From Eledone cirrhosa (lineage: Eukaryota), in assembly GCA_964016885.1 (NCBI GenBank), contig OZ024752.1, forward strand, positions 43,710,001-43,774,000: 64,000 nt of DNA, read 5' to 3'. The translations under genes were made by a program, and so were the position numbers. Below are positions 1-57,690 of the stretch, piece by piece; the first letter of the stretch is position 1, and each line of letters opens with the position of its first letter. The notes below the pieces were generated by a model, which was not told the DNA's origin, ran no database searches, and saw only the letters and a list, made by a program, of their open reading frames with translations.

Positions 1-23
1 ATATATATATATATATATGTATC

Positions 24-60
<37 letters not shown>

Positions 61-224
61 GTCTATATATATATATATATGTATCTATATATATATATAT
101 GTATCTATATATATATATATATATATCTATATATATGTATATTTATGTATATATATATATATATATGTATCTATATATATGTATATTTATGTATATGTAT
201 CTATATATATGTATTTTTATGTAT

Positions 225-288
<64 letters not shown>

Positions 289-461
289 GTATATATATAT
301 GTATATATATATGTATATATATAGTATATATATGTATATATATATATGTATATATATATGTATATATATATGTATATGTATGTATATGTATATATATGTA
401 TGTATATGTATATATATGTATGTATATGTATATATATGTTATATATATATATATATGTATG

Positions 462-492
<31 letters not shown>

Positions 493-551
493 ATATATAT
501 ATATATATGTATGTATATGTATATATATGTATATATATATATATATGTATG

Positions 552-582
<31 letters not shown>

Positions 583-597
583 ATGTATATATATATG

Positions 598-661
<64 letters not shown>

Positions 662-715
662 TATATATGAATTATATATATATATATGTATGTATATATA
701 ATATATATATGTATG

Positions 716-748
<33 letters not shown>

Positions 749-844
749 GTATGTATATATATATATATATGTATGTATATGTATATATATGTATATATAT
801 ATATATATGTATGTATATATATATATATATGTATGTATATATAT

Positions 845-885
<41 letters not shown>

Positions 886-940
886 TATATATGTATGTAT
901 ATATATATATATATATGTATGTATATATATATATATATAT
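1..940. repeat. (TA)n/(TATG)n compound microsatellite
   Basis: Direct inspection. Confidence 0.97.
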
Positions 941-1898
941 AACTTTGAATAACTTTGAAATGTTTTGGCCAGTATTGGCCCAGGCCATGTCTAACTTAAT
1001 AGCACCACTGGCGAAGTCTTTCAATTCAGGATTTGGGCACCATGGCCCATTCGAGAAGAGAATTACTGTTTGCGGAGACATATCCGGGTGTGGGTGGTTT
1101 TGTCCGGGATTACTTGGAGGAATTTGTCCAAAGACTTCTTGAATTTTGTGTGGTCAGTTTCTGTTTTGACGTGTCCTGGTGTGATGTTGAAGAGAGCAGG
1201 GCCGATTGAGGTGAAATAATTTGTGCCGTATTGTTGTTATGAGTTGCGATTTAGATTTTTGAATGGGACGGATAGCACGGGGCCCAAGCCTTGGGTGTAT
1301 CTTGAAGGCGATGCCAACATCATTTGGGCAGTGATGATGGAACATTTTCCACATCATGCAGATAATATAACGCTCACGGCGACGTTGGAAGTGAGTAAAG
1401 TTTCAGGTTTTTCCAATCGACCCCAGTAGTCAAGGTCTGACATGCCATCTATCTTTTTCGTGATTGCCCTTTGAGGAGCTTCAAGTTTCATGATACTTTG
1501 TTTCGTTGTGGGGAGACCACAGTGGACAACAGTATTCAAGGTGTGGTCGGGCGAAAGTAGAGAAGAGAAGGATAATGGTGCGGGAATCTCTCGACTGGAA
1601 GGTTCTGAGGATCCAGGAACACATTCTGCGGGCCATGTCAACTTTGCTGCTTATATGCGTGGTCCAGCTTATGTTGCTGTCCACGGTTACTCCCAAGTCT
1701 CTGATGTTGTTAGATGCCACGAGAGTTTCCCCGGAGGGAAGGGAGTACGGGAGTTTCAGAGCATCCTCTTTTCCAAAGTGGATCAGTTCGAATTTGTCTT
1801 CGTTCAGTAACATGTTGTTCTTTTCTGCCCATTGGGTAACAGCCAGTAGGTCTGACTGAAGGCTTATCCGGTCATCCACGCCATTGATGACCTTTTGG
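941..1898 (-). mobile_element. 5'-truncated CR1/L2-group LINE (RT C-terminal part and 3' end) inside TA microsatellite
   Basis: [61 protein letters not shown]; short tandem tail TTCAAAGTTA x2. Confidence 0.88.
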
Positions 1899-9420
<7,522 letters not shown>

Positions 9421-9620
9421 NNNNNNNNNNNNNNNNNNNNNNNNNNNNNNNNNNNNNNNNNNNNNNNNNNNNNNNNNNNNNNNNNNNNNNNNNNNNNNNN
9501 NNNNNNNNNNNNNNNNNNNNNNNNNNNNNNNNNNNNNNNNNNNNNNNNNNNNNNNNNNNNNNNNNNNNNNNNNNNNNNNNNNNNNNNNNNNNNNNNNNNN
9601 NNNNNNNNNNNNNNNNNNNN
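9421..9620. other. Assembly gap (200 N)
   Basis: Run of n. Confidence 1.
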
Positions 9621-14211
<4,591 letters not shown>

Positions 14212-14794
14212 GACTTTGGACATCCTGCAGGACTAAAAACAAAATCTGTCAAAGGGCAAAGGGGCTCTTAAGAGTCAATGGCCATCCAAAAATCACTGGG
14301 AGAGATGACCCCTTAGCCTTTGTCAAGGCAGAATTCTAGGAGAAAGAAAACTGATATAACACCTGCAACCCTGATGGTATCCAATGATGTTGACCTGTTC
14401 TTTTTGGTACATATCATCTTGGTTAAGAGAGTGGGACTGGCTTTGTGCAGTGCCTTTGCTCACTATAACAGCTTCACGGCACAGGCATTGCTTTATATCT
14501 GGTGATTTCTGCACTTGTCGTCACATGGTACCATGGGCCCAGCACTATGTGTCACTAATTGTCACAGGTGTAGTGTTTGTACCAGAGTTTTCAAGTCGTT
14601 GGCTGAACTAAAAAGTCACACTCGTTCAACGCATTTGTAGGGGTTCTCCTACATGGATATAAAGTAGTGGCTGTACTAGAAAACGAGTTGGCAGCCACCA
14701 TATACATATATATTTATATATGTATGTTTATGTATATAAATATGTATTTATATATTTATACAGATATCTACAGATTTATTTTGATTCATATATG

Positions 14795-14840
<46 letters not shown>

Positions 14841-15232
14841 AATATATTTAATGTAGCCATGCTGTCAATTTACAAGTATTACTATACAAACAAAAATAAA
14901 ACTAAATCAGAAAAATGTTGAGTATTTTATTGACTTCCTAAAGTTCAGAATTATTACCCATATGGAGTATAACATTTGTTTTAAACATTTTCACAGAAAT
15001 CCTGAATTATTTACACATGTATTATTGTAACTGCTTGCCTCTGTTTTTACAGACAGTAAGAAATTCGGAGTGGTAATAAAGTAAAAATGGAATGTGAAGA
15101 CTTTTTATTAAAACCTGAAATAGAAACAATAACAACCAAATGCAACTTAGCTTCTGCATATACATTGTGAAAGCCATACCTAAAATAGATAAACACACAC
15201 CGTTAAATGGAATGACATGGAAAATATATATG

Positions 15233-15624
15233 TACGAGGGGGCTTGAAAAAGTATGTAGCTAACATATGCAGGGATTTTGATCTCAATGCACCTGTACAT
15301 TCTCGTACTAACATGTCATAACATGAACCTTTAAATGCATGTTGCAACATGGTGAAGTCAGCCCCTGCTCTAGCAACATGGTCTCCATCAAATTTATGGC
15401 GAAGCTAGGGTGGAAGCGCAGCCAAATCATTGACACTCTGGAGCAAGTTTATGGGGACAATGCCCCAAAGAAATCAACAACCTACAAATGGATGTAGTTT
15501 TAGAGATGAGGTTGAAGATGAATAAAAGCTGCTTTGACATGGTTTAAATCACATGGCCCTCAGTTTTACACAGATGGACTTGTAGAAGTGTATTGATCTA
15601 GATAGAGCCTATGTTGAAAAATAA
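15233..15624 (+). mobile_element. Internally deleted mariner (Hsmar2/irritans-like) relic
   Basis: TA-CGAGGGG..TGAAAAAGT terminus; IKFMAKLGWKRSQIIDTLEQVYGDNAPKKSTTYKW from 15378 and KCIDLDRAYVEK* ending at 15624. Confidence 0.82.
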
Positions 15625-15963
15625 ACATCATAACTTAAACGGTGTATATACAGAAACACAAACTATGTGCATCTTGTTTACGTTTCAGCTTTCGATTTTC
15701 TGTCTTAAAAATTTACTTTTATTTAATTAATACTCCAAGATAGGAAATAAGTCAGTAACAATATATCAGAGAGAGAGATATCATTATATACAAAGTCATA
15801 CAAGATAACAACAGCCCCCTTCTGTTCAGAAGAGAAAAAGTCTTAACATTCTCTTTTACATATAAGATTTAGTAAATCTTCACTGATATAATATTTTGTT
15901 TTGCAGCAGTGATTCTGAATGTGAGAGAATGTTCCATAAACAGGAGAACATTGAATATTTTAA

Positions 15964-16248
15964 CCCTTTAGCATTTACATTACTCTATATATACTATTGT
16001 ATTTTGACGGTAAAGGCTTTACCTTACATAACATTTACATTTCTCTCTATATATACTATTATATTTCCATATCTGGCCAGAATTCTCTAACCTCTTTCTG
16101 TTCAAACTGGCTGTAACCGGCTACTCATACTGATGTTAAGGTATTGTTTTCAACATAAATAATATCAAAATCTCATAGATTTGATATTACGTGAGGTAAA
16201 GCCTTTACTGTGAAAATATAATAGTAAATATAGAGTAATGTTAAAGGG
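15964..16248. mobile_element. piggyBac-like MITE with TTAA target duplication
   Basis: TTAA|CCCTTTAGCA...TGTTAAAGGG|TTAA with ~70-bp imperfect inverted termini. Confidence 0.8.
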
Positions 16249-16794
16249 TTAAAAGCTAGTAAGACTGTGGCCCTTATCATTAATAAAGAAGAACAGCAAG
16301 GGGTGTATGTTAAAAATGATAGTTGTTATGGTTCTACTAGTTTTTTTATGAGGCTGCATCTCCAGGAGATGTCATAAATATCTTAATGATAGGGCCCCCA
16401 GTCCTATCAGGTCACCATTTTACTGGTGACAAGGGGCAAGATTTGGACTGAAAAGAAAAAGAGTCACAAGAGATACTGAAAAGCATCCTTTGCAACAATC
16501 TGCTGCCCTGGACTTTATCAACTGCAATAAAAAATATAGGCAAAGTTGACCGTAGCAGGATTTGAACTCAGCACACACACAGAACCAGAACAAATACTAC
16601 AATGCATTTAATCTGATGCTCTGCCGACTCTGCCAATAACTGGCGGTACTGGTCATGGAATGGTATTAGTAAATATAAGAGGAGGAGAGACAATGAAAAA
16701 TGAATGCAAGAATCAAATAGAATTAAAAAAATATAAACAATAGAATTTAAAGAATATAAATAATAAATAAATAACAGAATATACAAAATAATAA

Positions 16795-17019
16795 TAATGG
16801 TTTCTGATTTAGGCACAAGGCCAGCAATTTTGGGGAGGAGGGGAAATTCAATTAAATAATTGACCCCAGTGCGTTACTGGTATTTTATTTTATCGACCCC
16901 GTCAGGATGAAAGGTGAAGCTAACCGTGGCAGGATTTGGACTCAGAACGCAAAGGGCCATAACTCTATGCCGTGAAGCAGGGTGTCCGACGCTCTACTGA
17001 TTACTGCCAATCCACAGCC
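16795..17019 (-). mobile_element. Family-A SINE
   Basis: Full-length diverged copy; a partial copy lies at ~16535-16640. Confidence 0.8.
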
Positions 17020-17341
17020 ACTTTTAAATAATAACACAAATAATAATAATACATAACAAAATAGAAACAAATAAATAAAATATGTATATTTACACAATTT
17101 TTTAAAAATCATTCCTCGTCAACAAAGATATTTACAACTTGTTATTTAAAAAATATTTAACGACTGATTAAACAAAAAATTAATGAAAAACTAAAAGGAA
17201 AAAACAAACATTAAAAAAAATGTTTAAAGGGAAAATTTCCTCAGAAAGTTTACCTTTAATTACATAAACATTATACCATGTCCCCTTTAAGTATTAGGGG
17301 CTCCTGTCTGCAGCCAAGACAGCCCCACGCTCTTTATATAT

Positions 17342-17506
17342 ATATGAAGGATTCGGGACCCCGCTGGCTGAGCTCCTGCTGTTTCAACAGCTAGATCTGG
17401 CAGGAGCTCAGCCGTTGAGGTCCCAAATCCTTCATATTACACATTCTACTACAAGTATTGAGTACTCTCGTGGGTCTAACAGGTTTTTACTGTATCCATT
17501 CTGATT
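17342..17506 (+). mobile_element. Diverged family-F fold-back element
   Basis: ATATGAAGGATT..GGCTGAGCTCCTGC / GCAGGAGCTCAGCC..AATCCTTCATAT arms, TATTGAGTACT tail, TA flanks. Confidence 0.62.
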
Positions 17507-17520
17507 ATATATATATATAA

Positions 17521-17670
17521 TACACAAGACCAAAACGGTTAATTATATTAGATCTTAATAAATTAACACACGTTTCATCCAAATTTTAAGTAGATACATA
17601 ATTAATTATTAATTAATTAGATGATTAAAAAACTGGAATCATCAGAATTAATTAAATGGTCTTGTGTGTA
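17521..17670 (-). ncRNA. Second type I hammerhead-like motif
   Basis: Minus strand TTAATTAATT-CTGATGA-TTCCA...TGGAT-GAAAC-GTGT-GTT-AATTTATTAA, with outer stem CACAAGACCA/TGGTCTTGTG. Confidence 0.6.
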
Positions 17671-18827
17671 TTATTGTAATATTAAGCAAAAGATTTTCAC
17701 TTTCACTCTAAACGGGACACAGTTTGAATTTATAGAATTTGAATGTTTTTGTTCATATTTTGAATCATATAAATAAATATCAATAATTGAAATTGAAATT
17801 AACAGAATAATAAACAAAATTAAAATAAAATGAAATAAGAGTATATCAGGTGAGTAATTTTCAGTATATTTACTGTTTTCTAAGACTAAAATATTTAGTA
17901 TTATTGTAATAATTAGTACTGTTGTAATAATTTAGTAGTGTTAGAATAATTTCTTACTTTGTCCAGCATTTTACCATTTCTACCCCCACATTCCAGCAAC
18001 ATAGAATATAATTTAGATCAGACATTATCAAACTTTTGGTCCCCTCACCAACACCCCCAACATTATTTCCAGAAGGACCTGTATACACGGAAATTGTAAA
18101 TAATATATAATAAATAATATAATATATACTATGTATAAAGAAATATTATATATTTTTATCTTACTATATTTATATATATAGTATTATATTGTCTCTAGCA
18201 CCACCCCCTGGACTTTCTCAACACCCCTGGGGGAGGGGCAATAGCGCCCATTTTGAGAACCTCTGACTTAAATAATGAAATGAACTATGGAGGTTTTTTT
18301 GTTATTTTTAAATAGAAACTTGCTGTTTTCCTCATGAAGGTGATGATGATAGCAGTGGGCTCCACAAGATACCAAATGTTTACACAAGTTTGCCACAGAG
18401 ACCCTGTAAATGGGATCCTTTAATATTTTAGGGAACAACACATCTTTAGTGCAGATGCCATGATAAAATACAATTGGTTCACTTTGTAAAGAGACTGGCA
18501 AACCAACAGAGATACTGTAGTTTTTCTGAGGACAAGATAAGCTCTCTAATGTTGGTGCTAAGATAAACTACACCCAGTACTCTCTGTAAAGTTTCTGGCA
18601 AACTAACAAAAACATATTAAGGTAGAGTGGACTCTTCAGTCTTAATGAGGACAAGGCAACCATTTTATGCTTTAGTGTTGGTGCTAGAATATAATGCACC
18701 CAATATGCACTACAAAGTGGTTAGCATCCAGCCATAAAAACAACACTAAATATGGAATGCATGAACAAGATCTGGTTGTCTAACCTCTGTAGGAGGGCAG
18801 TAACTCCAAATAAGCTCTGACTCACAC

Positions 18828-18935
18828 TGTGATGGCCTGACTCACCTGTGATGGCCTGACTCACTTGTGATGGCCTGTCTCACCTGTGATGGCCTGTCTT
18901 ACCTGTGATGGCTTGACTCACCTGTCTCACCTGTG
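18828..18935. repeat. Minisatellite, 19-bp unit CTGTGATGGCCTGACTCAC, ~5 copies
   Basis: Tandem units visible. Confidence 0.88.
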
Positions 18936-18971
18936 CTAACATTGAAAGTGGTCATAAAATGATAATAATAA

Positions 18972-19131
18972 TAATTGTTTCTACTTTAGGCACAAGGCCA
19001 GCAATTATCCAGTACATTACTGGTACTTTATTTTATCGACCCCGTAAGGATGAAAGGCAAAGTCAACCTCGGCGGGATTTGAACTCAGATCGTAAAGGGA
19101 CGTAATTATGCTGGAAAGCATGGCGTCCGGC
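18972..19131 (-). mobile_element. Family-A SINE
   Basis: Near-identical reverse complement of 62762-62940. Confidence 0.85.
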
Positions 19132-20007
19132 ATAATAATAATAATAATGATGATGATGATGATGACAGTTTGTCTTATATACATGATGTACCTTATCATG
19201 AAAAGCTGGGAAGATGTTTGATTACAAAAGTAATTTGTTTCACTCCTTATTTGGAAATTTTCTGTGATTCAAAAAAAATTTATTTAATATTGTTCTTTCA
19301 TTTGATTTTCTTGTTTGATTTTCATTGCTACAGGAATAAATAATACACACACACATACACACACACACATACACATGCACACATGCATATATTTGTGGTT
19401 GATACACAATGTGTATGTACCTATGTATCTATATTTGTGAGTGTGTAGGACACAAAAAACAAACAGTCACATACCATTGGTTTCATATAATCCACTGTTG
19501 TGCAACTGGTGGAGGGTAAAACTATATGAAACCACTAATATGGAATACCTAAATCAAAAACAGATATTTGGTTGTTCTTCATGCTTCTCTTCTCATATGT
19601 TTTCTTTCCTATCACTCTGATTTCAATATTATATTATATTATTATATTGATTTGCTATCTTAATGACTATACTTTCAATGATTATAACTCTCAGCGACAG
19701 TTATTTTTGTTTTCACTTGTTTCATTTTGTTTTCTTAATTCTCTCCCTTTATCCGTTCTCCTATTTACTCATGACTTTGAACATCTTGTAACCATTCAGC
19801 AGAAAATATCTAAAAACGGGATCTGTTAATTCAAATGTTTATAGTATTTTTACTAATGGACATTAGTAATTTAGACTAAAGACTTTTAATGTGATGCACT
19901 CACAGTGCTTTTCGGTACTTTTCAATAATGGCTTGGTAATGTGGTTTGTTGAGTGCAGAATGTTCTGGCAATGTTGTTGTTGATGCTTACCCTGTATTAA
20001 ATGGTAT

Positions 20008-53143
<33,136 letters not shown>

Positions 53144-53261
53144 TTACCTAGCAGGCCATTCAATATTTATAAATGAAGAACCTACAACAAAAAGAACATT
53201 TCATGTATTAGTAAAGAACAAAAATGTACAATGGGACTTTTTACTACCATATTTCTAATGA

Positions 53262-53745
53262 AATACCCTCCATCAAACATCTACCATACTCTGAACGCCT
53301 TGCTTCCCTGGGCATGGCTACATTAAAGCTCTGACGTCTGGCAACTGACTTGGTAAACACCCACAAAATTATTAACCATCTTGCCAACAACAACCCTGAG
53401 CACCTTTTCGAATTCCATGTGTCTAACACCAGTGGACATGCCTACAAAATCAGAAAACAGTACAGTTCCCATGACTTTCAGAAACATTTCTTCCTGCTCA
53501 GAGTTGCTGAAGCATGGAACAAACTACCTGCATCAGTTGTTAGCTGTGGGGACACTGCATCCTTTAAAACTTCCATGCTTCCCAAAATTCGCCAACACTA
53601 CACCTGATATTCCCCCTCCATACACACGCACACATGTATCTGTGAGTATATCATGACTCATAAACTGATAACTTTCCTGACATTTGAACATATGTACTAT
53701 ACAAGCAACTTTCATGAGTTAGTAGTGCACCTGAGTACTGTACAC
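53262..53745 (+). mobile_element. CR1/L2-group LINE 3' fragment
   Basis: LPYSERLASLG..L..RLATDL, GHAYKIRKQ, FFLLRVAEAWNKLPASVV, with in-frame stop. Confidence 0.85.
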
Positions 53746-54371
53746 AATAGGTGTGTGTGTGTGTGTGAGTGAGATTAACAACAGTATCAGAGATAAACAC
53801 CAAAAGGATTAAAGTACGGTAATTCCACAGATAACATTTCAATAAGGTTACATTGACAACTTCGCACCATCCTACATCGATGTTGAAGTTAATTGCACAC
53901 AGAATGAGGAAGTGTCCTATGAATGTGTGTATGTCTACATATATTTAAGTATATGTATTGAGACTGAATTAACAAAACTGGAAGCCGTGTGCAGTGGTGA
54001 GAGCAGCTCAGGATTGTGTACGATAGTGAAGGGTTGTCAATGGCCTATGCCCCGCAGAAAGTAATGGGGCTGAATGATGATAATATATGTGTATATTAGA
54101 GATAATATAATAGTATATTAAATATCAAATGATACATATTATATATAAATATAGTAAAATAAAAAATATATATTTATTTACACATTTATTTTCCACGTAA
54201 AAGAGAAAAAGTAAAAGAAGCTATCGACTGTGGCAGTCTGACATCTGCAGTCTGTCATTTTAAAATGTATCAGTGAGTTTGTTTACAGCAACATGCTGCA
54301 GCAGACCTAACCAAATAGCAAAGCATGTTATTTGAAGAAGAATGAAAGAACATGGCCAAATCTACAAGTGG

Positions 54372-54660
54372 GAATTGTTATATGTATATATGGTATTGTT
54401 ATATATATATATGGTATTGTTATATGTGTGTGTGGTATTGTTATATGTGTGTGTGGTATTGTTATATGTGTGTGGTATTGTTATATGTGTGTGTGGTATT
54501 GTTATATGTGTGTGTGGTATTGTTATATGTGTGTGTATTATTGTTATATATATATATGGTATTGTTATATGTGTGTGGTATTGTTATATGTGTGTGTGGT
54601 ATTGTTATATGTGTGTGTGGTATTGTTATATATATATATGGTATTGTTATATGTGTGTGT
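54372..54660. repeat. Minisatellite, ~19-21-bp unit GGTATTGTTATATGTGTGTGT
   Basis: Tandem units visible. Confidence 0.9.
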
Positions 54661-54924
54661 TTGTGTATAGCAGTTGCCCGAGGTCTCTCGGTTTATGTAA
54701 GGCGAATATCTCAATGGTTTGTTATGTTTATGTAGCCTATCCCACGCCTAATCATACCAAATTCGACATAAAACCCACAAAATCCCACCATAGAAATAAA
54801 ACAGTAAAAGATAACAATTGTTTTGTTTGTTACTTTTTATTATTGCATATATTTTCCATTGTGAAGTAAAGCTATGGTGAAATGTGTGTAGGGTTCTGTT
54901 TTTAGAGTTATAAAATGTCACTAG

Positions 54925-54960
<36 letters not shown>

Positions 54961-54963
<3 letters not shown>

Positions 54964-55167
54964 GAACATATATAGTAGAGTGGGTAATAGGAACAAGTAG
55001 GACCCCGACGGCTAATTCTGGACTCTCCAGAATTAGCCGTCGAAACGGCTTGAGCTCAGCCGTCGGGGTCCTACTTGTTCCTATTACCCACTCTACTACC
55101 CTAAATATTGAGTACTTTGGTGCGTTATGGTCCATCTGGTTCCTTACCACATTTCCTTCGTTATATA
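54961..55167 (+). mobile_element. TA-embedded fold-back element (family F)
   Basis: Inverted arms TAGTAGAGTGGGTAATAGGAACAAGTAGGACCCCGACGGCT / AGCCGTCGGGGTCCTACTTGTTCCTATTACCCACTCTACTA plus unique tail; flanked by (TA)n. Confidence 0.7.
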
Positions 55168-55656
55168 ACTATATATCTATATATGAGAGGGTTTTGTCCA
55201 ATATGGGAGGGGTTTTATCATGAAACCATTGTAAACAGAAAGGTAAAGCTTGACAATCTATAACAGACGAAGTATTTCATCTAGACTGTAGCAAGGAGCA
55301 GAGATTCCAAGCCATTTTGTTTGAAAATCAATAAAGCTAATCACCCTTTGATGGATACATTAATAAGGAAGAGGGGAATGAAGCAGTTGATTCTATCGCA
55401 CATGTTGCAGTGAATATGTGTATCTACACACACACACATATATGGGTGGATCCACGGGGTGTTTAGATATTATATTCTTCTGGGTTAAATATTTTTTCAA
55501 ACTGAAATAATCGAACTCATATATATATGTGTGTGTGTGTGGTAGTAGTAGTAGTGTGTGTGAGCGTGTGTTGATAGTAGTAATGTGTAGGTGAGTGTAG
55601 TAGTAGTAATTTGAATGCCCAGAGGTGGAGAGGGAAACATTTTGTGAACAGAATCG

Positions 55657-55794
<138 letters not shown>

Positions 55795-56124
55795 GTTGGT
55801 CAGTCTATAATTGATAAGAGCAATGGATAGCGCCAGGGATGCAGAGATTTAAAGATAGGAATTTAATTGGGGCGAGAATGAACGATAGCTAGACAGATAA
55901 AGATAGAATAATAGAGAGAGAGTTCTTTATAAATTAAACAGAAATCTATTAGGAATAATATATTTCTCTTCTACACAATCATTCCAAACGTTTGTTATAT
56001 ATTCTACTATTGTCTACATTGAACTAAACCCAGTAGTGATTCATGTTACATAATGATGGAAGGATATTACTACCTGTTACTTCCGACTGGGAATTATAGC
56101 CACAGCAATATATTATTATAATAA

Positions 56125-56217
56125 TAATTGTTTCTACTTTAGGCACAAGGCCAGCAATTAACCAGTGCATTACTGGTACTTTATTTTATCGACCCCGTAA
56201 GGATGAAAGGCAAAGTC
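56125..56217 (-). mobile_element. Family-A SINE 3' half
   Basis: CACAAGGCCAGCAATT...GATGAAAGGCAAAGTC. Confidence 0.75.
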
Positions 56218-56702
56218 AAATAATAGAGGTAAACTATTTATTAAAGGAGGGTTTAATTGACTGGAGAAAAGTGAAACTAAATATATTATTGGTAAACATT
56301 AAGATTTATCGATTAGTCAGAGTAAATATGATCCCAGAAGCTATTATACAAAACAAGTTATATAAAAATGGGATAACATTAGTCCCACAAACACTTAAAA
56401 ATAATAATAACAATGGTTTCTTATTTAGGTGCAAGGCCAACAATATTCGGGGAGTGGAAGGTCGATTAAATTGACACCATTGTGTTACTGGTACTTTACA
56501 CATTAGGGGTCAATTTAATCGACTTTCACCTTCCCCCAAAATTGTTGGTTTTGTACCTAAATAATATTAAGACTTGGTTACGACGGGGATTCTTGTGATA
56601 ATTCTGTCTCCACAACCAGGGCTCACCTTTCACTAAACACTTTCTTTATAGATTTTTGTGTATTATATTTATAAGGTTCCTACCGATAATTCATTGTGTG
56701 TG

Positions 56703-56751
<49 letters not shown>

Positions 56752-56828
56752 CGGATCTAGCTGTCGAAACGGCCGGAACTCAGCCGTCGGGGTCCTGACT
56801 CTTTTCCTATATATATATATATATATAT

Positions 56829-56900
<72 letters not shown>

Positions 56901-57328
56901 ATATTGTCATTCTGTAAGATTTTATTCACAGTTGTATAAATAACATTACGAATTGTTATTTATACAATGTTATTTATACAACTGTGAATAAAATCGAAAT
57001 ACATTTATTATTTAGTCTGACGTCAATTCTGTCTCAGCCATAATATTAATTATTATTATTAATTATTTCCCAAATAAAGACTTAATTAAGTTCATGTAAT
57101 GGGGGGGGGGGGGGGGGTAACGTTAGTATTTCAGCTATAAGCTGATAATAATTATGATGGACTCTGACAGAGTTAAGACCACAAGTTACAGGAAATTTAA
57201 TTGATCCTCAGTATATAACAGGTACTTATCCCCCCTACCCCACCACCAGAAAGATACAAGACCAATGTAAAGAATCATAATTAGTAATTTAACAAATACT
57301 GGAAAATTAGTTGAGCAAATACACACAC

Positions 57329-57383
<55 letters not shown>

Positions 57384-57492
57384 TATATATTATATAGAGA
57401 GAGAGATTTATATATATACAGAAAATTGTCGAGTAATTACATCGTTATACACCCAAAATAACATAATATATATATATATATATATATATACA

Positions 57493-57690
57493 TAGGAACA
57501 AGTATGACCCCGACGGCAGAGCTCAAGCCGTTTCGACGGCTAATTCAGTCCAGAATTAGCCGTCGAAACGGCTTGAGCTCTGCCGTCGGGGTCATACTTG
57601 TTCCTATTACCCACTCTACTACCCTAAGTATTGAGTACTTTGGTGCGTTATGGTCCATCTGGTTCCTTACCACATTTCCTTCGTTATATA
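57493..57690 (+). mobile_element. TA-embedded fold-back element (family F)
   Basis: ~54-bp perfect hairpin plus a tail nearly identical to 55027-55167. Confidence 0.7.

Noticed and set aside
14212-14700. GC-richer unique block after the TA array
   Set aside because: No recognisable protein motif or consistent splice sites; likely a repeat remnant.
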